Assembly: GCA_000934665.2 (NCBI GenBank)
Contig: JYFJ02001619.1
Location: 55,066-75,065, forward strand
Source of the DNA: Catajapyx aquilonaris
Lineage: Eukaryota
Direction: 5' to 3'
Length of the DNA stretch: 20,000 bases
The notes under the pieces: model-generated
Seen by the model: the letters and a program-made list of their open reading frames with translations, nothing else
What the model was told of the DNA's origin: nothing
Database searches by the model: none
Shown here: positions 10,296 to 19,823 of the stretch, piece after piece
Layout: each line of letters begins with the position of its first letter
How positions within the stretch are numbered: position 1 is the first letter of the stretch
Made by a program: the position numbers and the translations under genes

Positions 10296-11430
10296 CCCTA
10301 AGCGATCTGATTGGTGAAGCAGATCGGTGGGTACAGTGCTGTACAAAAGAAATGGTCTTTTGAAACTCTACCGTGCGTGTATGGCTTAACCACAAATGTC
10401 GCAATATTTAGGACATGCCTATTTTTTCAGTAGTTAGGATGTGGGTACTGTACCTCAGTCAGTTGCAGCTATTGAAAATAGACGACAATCTATCCATGAT
10501 CAGCACAGCCTGATGAACATAGCCTAAAAACTATTTTAACACTGCAATATTCCACAGCAGACAAATTCATTAATACCTCTTATAGTTTTCTACCTTTGTG
10601 AATTTTGTTGTCAGCTTTGTGCCACCACTTCATGCCTAATCGGGAAATGTTATTGACGTCCATGTTTTAATGCGAGGGCTAAAATATATTACGAAACCAT
10701 CTAGCCTATAACGCGAATTAATTGCTTGGCATATTTGTAGTGCACTGTGAATAAAGCGTCACAATATTAATGACACAACTTCATTCCGGTAAAGCTGAAC
10801 ACGTGCATTAATTATTCATTGGGTTCCATCCGACCGTTTTGCTTCTGCCTACAAGTGCTAACTATTTCGAATATGCACATGAGCAGGAATGGGCCACTAA
10901 TTGGCAATACCTTTACACACCAAATATAATAAACACCCTAAAAATGTCCGTAATGGCTTCATTGCAAAAGGTAGTTTTGTAACTAGATTGAGAAAGCTCC
11001 TCGTCCTGTTCATACATTATGCAGTATATTACCCCGGTTATGCCTCTCCCAGGTCATCATTCAGGTAATACTATAATTCACCTTTACCAATAAATCCAGG
11101 ATTAGCTCTGATGGGAGGTCATGCAATTGACTCCTGTAGCAAGCACAACTGATGGGCACCCATGATAATATAACAACGAAGCGCGAATATAATAATCATA
11201 CCTGTCAATTTACACTGTACTTACCCCCAACCCACTTGAAGTCAAAAATGGACAGGCCCAATGCTTATATCCAGCGCCTGTACCTCAGTGTGCATACGCT
11301 CCACAATGCAAACATTACACAAATTGCGCTTATAGCCCCTGGAATGTGGCTCAGAATGTAATGAGAAAATGCCTGAAAGAATTGAAAGCCTGTAATGCGG
11401 TCAATATTGTGTCAGGCATTTAATATAGAA

Positions 11431-11651
11431 CTAGGAAAACGCTCGCTCTTTTCTAGGCCTACGGCCTGGGGTACCTATTCGGCGCACCATATCGCCGGGA
11501 AATGGACAGTTTCCCCGGCAACCCAACAGGAGTTGTTTACACCCCATTGCGCATGAGTAGAACGCGGGCCAATGGGGAGGTGGCGGTAACAATATGCGGC
11601 GGACCAATCAGACAGCTCGGCCAACTCCCGCAAGGATTTTAATATTATAGA
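11431..11651 (-). mobile_element. Non-autonomous Helitron-like element, family 2, short copy
   Basis: The minus strand begins TCTATAATATTAAAATCCTTGCGG and ends TTTTCCTAG|T. Colinear with 13472-13892 apart from deletions. Confidence 0.8.
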
Positions 11652-12403
11652 AGAGACAGTATATTGTTAGCCTAGATGTCTGGATTATTTTTTGCTTAAT
11701 ATTTTAAAACATTTCTCTGCTTATGAGCAAATGAACTGTACAAACTCTACAAGACCATCATGATCGTTCTAAAGTTCATGTCTGTGATTCCACTTTCGAA
11801 AATCCCAAATCGCGGTTGAACCTTGGTGGTCAAACTTTATGCAGAGAAGCCCACCATCATCTGGCGCAGACCTCCACCGCGAGCAGTGAGTGAAGAGTGT
11901 TGGAAAAGAAGGCATGTAACTGGAAGTCACTGTCAGTCATTATGATTGAGACGAGCAAAAACACGGCCCAGGCCATAAATTAAGTGTTCGTGAATAAGGC
12001 TTGGAGGCCCCCGCGGACTAGGGAGAGAGGGGGGAAAAAAAGATGGAGGTAGCTGGCCTCTGGTTGAGAAACCCGCCGTGCAGTGCATTTTCGTGTCAAC
12101 TTCGGAGATTTAATTAGCAAAATGTGGGAAGGCGAAGCTTTAAGAGAGAAAAAACGGGGTGTAGAGAGTGAAAAAACGAAGAATTTTCTTTTTGGGTTTA
12201 TACGTGGGTCTCTCTCCAAACTCAGTGTACTGAATAGTTCATTGTGGCGATGATATCGGTGCTAAATGGATGATAACTGACTGTCGCCAAGTTTCATTTT
12301 GGGAAAATATGATGTGAATGTTGAGTATTACAGGTGAGAAAATTTGCAGGAAAAAATACCAGAGTTGTGCAGTTACGTCATGAATTTGCATATTATATGC
12401 ATA

Positions 12404-12661
12404 CAGGATGTTCCAAGTTCGTGGGTAGGTTTTAGTTATCACTAATATCGTCCGAAGTATTTTTGGACCACCTGATAGTAACTAGCTACCATGATAGCTA
12501 GTTGCGTGCCTCGATCCAGTCACCCCATTACTATCAGGTGGTCGAATGTAGCAGTGGCTGTAGAATAGGGCATCTGGATCGGGACACAAAAAGCTACAAA
12601 AAAATAACAGCTTTGAGCGCAATTTCTTAACTAAAAAGACTAATATACTTGGAATACCCTG
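12404..12661. mobile_element. Tc1/mariner-type MITE, family A, copy 5 (with internal templated insertion)
   Basis: TA|CAGGATGTTCCAAGTTCGTGGGT ... ACTTGGAATACCCTG|TA, with the same core GGTCGAAT.TAGCAG. Confidence 0.88.
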
Positions 12662-12821
12662 TATACCCAGTGCCTTCTACGGGCATAGAACTAGTGAATT
12701 TATTATAGCGATGAAAACCCTCGAGTGCCTAACTCCTTGATTATAACCCAAGAGCTGCTAATTAGTTTTAAGGATGAGAACCTCGAATTATACCGTAGAC
12801 TATGAGGAAAGTACTGTATTA

Positions 12822-13096
12822 TTTATTTTATTTTTATTATATATTTTATTTCATACCCCGTGCTAGAGCCTTTGGCTCCCTTAGGGGGGTGGATTACCAC
12901 CATTGGATGGGACCAGGGATAGGGAAGAAAGGAAGCGGCTGTGGCCTATTTTTACGGAAACTACCTCGGAACTGTCCTGGGGGGACCATGGAAAACCACA
13001 GAAAACCATGGTCAGGGTCGCTGGCCCCGGGATTCGAACCCAGGACCTCCCGATTAGCAGGCGGGCTCCTTATCCCCTACACCAACCTGCTTCGGT
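12822..13096 (-). mobile_element. tRNA-derived SINE, family 1, copy b
   Basis: Reverse complement reads ACCGAAGCAG...CTGCTAATCGGGAGGTCCTGGGTTCGAATCCCGG..., followed by the same central domain and tail as 477-783. Perfect 14 bp TSD AAAGTACTGTATTA (12808-12821 / 13097-13110). Confidence 0.93.
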
Positions 13097-13471
13097 AAAG
13101 TACTGTATTAAATTACTAAAGGTAAAATTTTACACGCTTGACTGACCGGAGCTGTGAGAATAGGAAAACACATTACTGGAAATCAACAAACTGCCCCAGA
13201 CAGTGGCAAAATAAATACGTTGGCAATTAAGGTATTCCATTTGTCCTACTACGATATTCAATGCAAGTAATTAGAAACAACAAGGTTGAAGGAATTACTT
13301 CCTGATGAATCCGACCATCACCCGAGGATTTTAGCAGAAACAGGTGCACAGAGGCAATGATTAATTCAAACAAATTGAGAAACTTGTTCCAATCAATGCA
13401 CTAACAAGTTTGCGTTTTTAAGTGCTTCAGTCTTATTGCATCTACTAGACTGTACAGTAAATATAGGATAA

Positions 13472-13892
13472 CTAGGAAAACCCTCGCTGCGCTCGCATTT
13501 TCCTAGGGCGCAGGCCTAGAAAACCGCTCGCTTCGCTCGCTCTTTTCTAGGCCTGCGGCCTGGGGTACCTATTCGGTGCACCATATCGCCGGGGGAGGGT
13601 GTAACGTTAACCTTCCAGCAGTCTTTGAATGTCCCAATTAGTGAGAACATGTCATTCGTGTGTCTGTCGTTCCATTACTGACTCTGTGAACAACTTCACA
13701 GTAGTGCCAACTGGGCAACAATACAGAGAAGGAATAATGGACAGTTTCCCCGGCAACTCACCGGAGGTGTTGTTTACACCCCATGGCGCATGTGTTGAAA
13801 GAGGGCCAATCGGAACGTGGCAGTAACGACAATATGGGGGCGCACCAATCAGACTACTTATACAAACACCGCAAGGATTTTAATATTATAGA
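13472..13892 (-). mobile_element. Non-autonomous Helitron-like element, family 2, long copy
   Basis: Minus strand A|TCTATAATATTAAAATCCTTGCGG ... CGAGCGCAGCGAGGGTTTTCCTAG|T, giving TC/CTAG termini at an AT site with no TSD. Two 44 bp terminal units at 13472-13515 and 13516-13559. Confidence 0.85.
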
Positions 13893-14028
13893 TTACAAAT
13901 TTTTCATTTCTTGTGTAATGTACATCACGATTCTAAAGTTCGTTAAACCAAATAACGATCTGATGTTCAGCCCCTCCTCCACCCGGCTCCTCCTATCATG
14001 TTCCCAAATCGCTCTGCAAGCATACTAC

Positions 14029-14390
14029 CAGGGAGCATATACTACATAAGAGGCGCAAACATTCGATTTCCGCGTCTCTCTGTTTGGGGCGTTGCCAAGG
14101 CTGGCGGCCATCTTGAAGTGTGGGGAACGCCAACGACGTATAAATAGGGTACATGCAAAAAATAGGGTCCCCATCTTTGATTCGCGCGTGTTCTTGCCGT
14201 GTAGTTGCCATGGCCGCCAAAACCATCCAAGATGGCGGACCCTATTTTTGCCTGTACCCTATTTACACCTCTTTGGCGTTCCCCACACTTCAAGCTGGCC
14301 GCCAGCCTTGGAAACGGCCCCAAACAGAGAGACGCGAACATCAAAGGCGCCGACAGAAGTTTGCGCCTCTTATGTAGTATATGCTCCCTG
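14029..14390. mobile_element. Foldback MITE with 7 bp TSD (P-superfamily-like, inferred)
   Basis: Perfect TIR CAGGGAGCATATACTACATAAGAGGCGCAAAC / GTTTGCGCCTCTTATGTAGTATATGCTCCCTG, extended by ~110 bp of imperfect arms. Perfect TSD ATACTAC (14022-14028 / 14391-14397). Confidence 0.92.
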
Positions 14391-15290
14391 ATACTACTGT
14401 GCACGCTCAGAAAACACAGCTAGTGTGACGTCAGATCCTTCTTTCTCTTAAAGGACTGTATGCCGATGTGCACTTTTTCAACCTGGCTACATCCTTCTAG
14501 GAAACCGGAACGTGAATTCTACAGAGAACCGGACCCATAATTCAAGACAAATCCATAGGAACAATTTGACAAGATAAGCCATCGTAGATGGAAAGATATT
14601 TCGACAGCGATGTCAGTGGGTACAAATTACGGCAACCGTCGGCGTCGGGTTGCCTCCCAGCAGAATAAACCATGCGAATTAGGTGAATTCAACATGTAGG
14701 CTTTCACAGTTTACAAGCAAGGGAAAGGGGTTACCGAATTCCGCATGCTGGCCAATATCCATTCGTACAAAACTACTCGTTAACTCGGACAAAGTAGCCA
14801 TCCTCCTTCGCCGATAACCAAAGCCCTTGGCGTAAACTGAGCTTAGTGCTCGTAGTCACGTACTGCCATTTCTTGTTGATGATCAAAACTCTTGGCAAAA
14901 TACCAACCATTGGCTCTTAGTTATATTGACAAGGAAGAGAACGAAACGATCCAATCGGCCCTGTGATAAGCAGAGTGGAAAACATTCTTCCACATGCTTA
15001 TGTGTTCCCCCCCCCCCCCCACCCACAAAAAAAAACCCTTCAGCATTCGCATATAATAATATATTATGTTTAAAAGGGCTTTCCAGGAACAACGAAAAAG
15101 AGAAAAAAAATCCTGATTCTTTCCTATATACATGGGCAAAATACAACCCCTTTCATGCCGTTACCAGCTCCGGTTTTGCCCCATTATTAGGACTGATTTA
15201 AAAAAATTGCCAGCATTATCTTGATGCAGCTTCCCAAATAGTTATATTACGCCTTTTGTAGCTGCACTAACACAAGTAGAGAGGAGAATA

Positions 15291-15635
15291 CAGGGTGTTT
15301 CAACTTTTTTGTCCGAACAGTTATCGGAAAATTTCACGTAGCTGCTACTTTGTAAGCAGTGATTTGCAACCGGTGATTATTTTGTCGGAGGAATGGGGAA
15401 TGGGAAAAAAGAGGGTCACATATCCGACATCCCATGACATGTGTGACCCTCTTTTTTCCAGGCTTGACCCTCAATTTTCAGCGGGCAGCAACGTATGCCA
15501 CTTCAACCTACGATTTGCAGGGAATATTCCCCGTTCCTCCGAAAAATCACCGTTTGCAAGTTACTGCTTACAACGTAGCAGCTACGTGCAATTTTCCGAT
15601 ATAAACTGTTCAGACAAAAAAGTTGAAACACCCTG
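15291..15635. mobile_element. Tc1/mariner-type MITE, family B
   Basis: TA|CAGGGTGTTTCAACTTTTTTGTC ... GACAAAAAAGTTGAAACACCCTG|TA with ~110 bp imperfect inverted arms. Same terminal motif as family A but a different body. Confidence 0.93.
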
Positions 15636-15640
15636 TATAT

Positions 15641-15801
15641 GGAAGTACTTTCGTAATGGGAGACGAAATGTGGCAAAGGTGGGGACTAGCTGCATCAACC
15701 TACCCCATGACCTAACCTTTCCTTCCCGGCGGATCCTTCAGCGGATCCACGCCTAGAAAAGTAGGTAAAATTGCTGAGTCTCCCGATACGAAAGAGTGGC
15801 C
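15641..15801. mobile_element. MITE, Merlin-like (inferred), copy b
   Basis: GGAAGTACTTTCGTAATGGGAGAC ... GTCTCCCGATACGAAAGAGTGGCC, with GG..CC termini. 8 bp TSD GAATATAT: right copy at 15802-15809, left copy split by the MITE at 15291-15635. Confidence 0.8.
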
Positions 15802-16040
15802 GAATATATTCATGTCATTCACTTTATACTTACACATTACAAAGTACTACGCTTTTTTCCGATGATATGCGCGTGGCTCAAATGGCGCACTTGAGACCTG
15901 ACTTATGAATCGATTGATTTCTGGATGAACTTAAAATACAGGGTATTACCCTGGACAAGTCGACGCGACGCCAGTTGTAGTGGGTAAGGGTAAATTTTAT
16001 TGATGGGTTAGTTATCGCTGGTTCGAATTTGAACTCCAGT

Positions 16041-16374
16041 TAGGGGAGACGGAGTGGCGCTGCGGTAACGTATGCGCCCACACTGATGATAAGGTCCCGG
16101 GTTCGATCCCAGCACGGGGACACACCCTTCATCTCGTGCAGAGTTCAGGGTCACATCTGGCTTCGTCTCGGGTGGTATTTCCACAGACTAAACCACCTGG
16201 GGGAGTTCACTAAAAATGGCCACGGATAAGACATTGCACTGCACCTTGCAATCCCCTCCTGTCATCCTGCGCGTGGGCCCGGGCGCTACGTTATCAGGTC
16301 CTGATGTATATAAATGTATATGAGTAATAAAGGTCCGTGCAATATAACTCGGAATGAGTTCGTGCACTACCCGG

Positions 16375-16458
<84 letters not shown>
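16041..16458 (+). mobile_element. tRNA-derived SINE, family 3
   Basis: A box GTGGCGCTGCGGT, B box GGTTCGATCCC, a body unlike the other SINEs, a 3' stem-loop at 16334-16375 and an (ATT)n tail at 16375-16458. 15 bp TSD with one mismatch, AATTTGA(A/C)CTCCAGT (16026-16040 / 16459-16473). Confidence 0.9.
16375..16458 (+). repeat. (ATT)n microsatellite, SINE tail
   Basis: Direct reading. Confidence 0.98.
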
Positions 16459-16461
<3 letters not shown>

Positions 16462-16699
16462 TTGACCTCCAGTCCAGACTAGGCACAAAGTTTGGGACTA
16501 ACTTTGCTTTTCTTGCAATCCGCCTTTGTTTACATCACATATAGGTATTATTAATCCATCAAGTTTTCCCCGTCTCCGCTGGTGGGACCGTCAACTTGGG
16601 CAGGGAAACATGATGTATCATGAAAAAATTGACTCTTTAACGAGACCCTTTTTGTGGTTTTTTATTATGCATTACTTACACATTGAATACATGAAATAC

Positions 16700-16821
<122 letters not shown>

Positions 16822-17520
16822 CATAATACTAAAATTATGGCGTGTATCTATTTTGCAAAAAGTAATGCCAAAAATGTCAATATCTCTGCAGGAAAAAATG
16901 ATATTTTATGGAACTAGAATAAGACTACAGGTACAGTACTTTTTCGAGATATTTCACTTAGGAAATTCTTTAATTACTTTTTTATGTTTTATTCACAGGT
17001 GACTGGCGGCAACTGAGGTGGAATCTACACCAAAAAACAGACTCCTACCATATAGTGCGTTTGCTGATTCCCTTAACGGTAGTCGATATAAAGGTTATGT
17101 TACCGGGCTTTTGGACCGCCCTACACACAGTATATAATTATGCGTGTATCCCTGGGCGTGGAAGGTTATTTGGCCGTAGAGTAGGCGTGTTTGCATGCTC
17201 ATGTGATGTAATTCGCTACTAATAATTAAGCCGGAAATTGGGTTGGCTTGTTTATATCACGTGTGACGACGAAAACAGAACCGGCACCGAATTCATCTTC
17301 TTAAATTAGTTGTACTGTGTTTCAGTCACATACTGACTGCAGGATCAACGTATCTAGCTTTTCAGGCTTGTTTTAAGCCTATATGAATGACCAGAGGGAA
17401 CAAAAGATCATTCAAAACACTCCTCTGGTATTTTCCTGGCATTTATTTGCACAGTTAAACGTGAGCCTATTAATTGTACAAAGGTAAAGGTCACTAAAAT
17501 TGTGCCTCATGCGACAGGCA

Positions 17521-17521
<1 letters not shown>

Positions 17522-17587
<66 letters not shown>
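17522..17587 (+). repeat. (CAT)n microsatellite
   Basis: Direct reading. Confidence 0.98.
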
Positions 17588-17589
<2 letters not shown>

Positions 17590-18399
17590 TTGTAACAATA
17601 ATATATTTTCTCTCCCAGACTTTCTTAGGGAATTACATGTTTTATACAGTACCTACATTAGATAGGATTAAAGTGGACTTAGGGTTTCCCCCTTTTTTTA
17701 CTGAAAAAAAAATGTACAACTTTGTCTAATAAATCTAACGTTTGAGTTCCTACAGGTCCCCACTTCATGAAGTGGAACTTTTCAGGAGACACAAACAAAC
17801 CGCGTTAGTGGAAGGAGAGTAGGGGGAGAGAATTATGGTTTAGTGCTAACTATTAATTTTTCCAGGAATTATATACGTGTGCTCATCTGCGGATCGAAAG
17901 AAGTATTACAGTTCGCGACCATTAATAATGTCAGGCCATTGCATTGGTAGAAAAATGAATGATTTCAATCACACTCCTCGCTACAGTACGGTATCACATA
18001 TTCTACACATACGTAAATAGCCATGTGTGAACTGTATGGAAATGTGACATTAGAATATTGGTTCTTGTCTCACACAATTTATTTTTTCCATTCTCTCATT
18101 TTCATGCAAGCCGGATAGATGGAACTGTACAGGAGACACAAATATGCTACAGTATTCGGCACATGAATATGAATGCAGGCCTTTGTTGGTTATTCCATGG
18201 CTTTAGGCTAGTGCATTCAACTGTACGCAAATACTGTACAGGGGACAAGAAAGCGTTACAGTCTCACTTACATCTCAGTTCTTGTCTGTTACAAAATATA
18301 TTTGTATTATATTTCTTGCTTAGTGCCAAGCACTCTGCTGTATATCCCACACCAGACGACCTAGACCTCCATACTCCACATCTGGCAGCTTCACCTGAC

Positions 18400-18980
18400 C
18401 AAGAGTGACGCCTAAGTTCATCCCAGCGTGACGTCTGGACATGAGCATAGGACGAGCACCCTCTTGGAGGTGACGTAAACATTAGTACCGTAACTCATCC
18501 TGCCGCGGAGGAGATGGCCGTCGTAATCCTGGCAAAGGGGGGAGTTTCACCGCCAAAACCCTTCCTTCTCCCCCCCCCCCTTCCCCCTCCAGCCTGTCGG
18601 TCTGCCCCCAACGCGGTTTACACAAGGTTCCCAACGACCCAAACTCAACGACGGTGTAGCCTTGTTCCTTTGCCCAAGAGAGTTCGACCATCGAGGGGAT
18701 ACCTGGCTAATTGTGTTAGGTAAGAGCGGCACGCTGAATTAGCTTTTCACGGTGCACTACCCTTTCACTCCCCCCCTCTCTTGGCCTCCCCCGTTCCACA
18801 CCCACCCAGGAAAGCCCTGAGTGCACTGGCCTACTGTAGGCTGTAGTTTCCGGCGCGCGCAAAATCTAGCCGCGGCCCGGCGCGATGACGCCCGCGGTGT
18901 CAACTCCACCAGGGATATGAAGCTTGCCAGAGTACCGTGCAATCGCTGCGTTTGATGAGCGGCCAGCGCCGCTGGGAAAC
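18400..18980. promoter_or_regulatory. GC/CpG-rich block, possible promoter or enhancer
   Basis: Locally raised GC and CpG (CCGGCGCGCGC...CCGCGGCCCGGCGCG...CCCGCGG), three GTGACG motifs in 18405-18478 and polypyrimidine tracts. Function not demonstrated. Confidence 0.3.
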
Positions 18981-19823
18981 AGGCCCCTCGGCCCTACTTC
19001 ACTCCATGCCCGACTCATCTCCACCCCCCACACCCAGGACTATGTTGTTCTCATGCTACAGCTACATGATCAAGGAGAAACTGTGCGGCCTAAAGATGGG
19101 GGAGTTGGCCCAAACAATGTCTAGTCTAACACTTTGGAGTCTGTTGTTTTTTGTTTCGAAATTGCAGTTCATGGTCAGCCGGAAGATGTACTGGAACATT
19201 TCGGCTTTAACTCGGAGCTGGCCAGCGAACATGTGCTAACTCACTATTTAATATCATCTAATTCCATATCAAATATTCCTCCGCCCAAATAATATTTAAT
19301 AGAACCTGATCAATGACCAAGTCAATGACGTTCGGCCGTAAAAAGATGGATGAGCAAAAAGTGTTACTAAGCGACAGAAAGGAGTCACGTTCCAGGTGTA
19401 GAAAATGTACAGAATAAGTGATAGGGACATTTGAGGAGAAATAATTTGTTATTGCCTTATCAGCTCGAAATATTAAAATAATTCGATAGTTCTGGTTCTC
19501 ATGTTGCCTTTTCTAGTAAAAAGTAACACCTGACTGTATCAGTCATGTGCAGTATTATAGCAACTAGCATTCCAGCATTTGTATTTAGATCACATTCAAA
19601 TGTTAATGAGAAATAGTATATTGCACTAGGCTATTTTTGGCCCATAACAGCCAATGGGGCAGTGAGGAAGTGTTCAGTTGTGTCTCCGAACAAGGCTCCC
19701 TTTAATGTACTTTGAATAAAGTCGCGTTTACATGTGAGCGATTTGACGAGCGAAGTCTTCACCGAGCGGTAACATCGCTGAGTAACCAGAGTATAGCCAA
19801 TATTGTTAGAGGTGAAAGTAACA

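Noticed and set aside
13295..13350. CTGATGA-ATCC...GGAT...GAAAC, a hammerhead-like motif
   Set aside because: Seven extra nucleotides separate stem II from GAAA, and there are no supporting stems I/III.
14042..14423. Cluster of overlapping ORFs on both strands (72-120 aa)
   Set aside because: They lie in the GC-rich foldback MITE, and the mirrored peptides come from the palindrome.
15295..15756. Longest ORF (153 aa)
   Set aside because: It runs across two adjacent MITEs and has no transposase or other recognisable motif.
15939..15953. CAGGGTA-T-TACCCTG palindrome resembling fused MITE termini
   Set aside because: Only 7 bp arms and no TA on the right side, so it is compatible with chance.
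18924..19239. ORFs of 66 and 100 aa in the GC-rich block
   Set aside because: Non-ATG starts, no recognisable domain, and a length expected by chance at this GC content.
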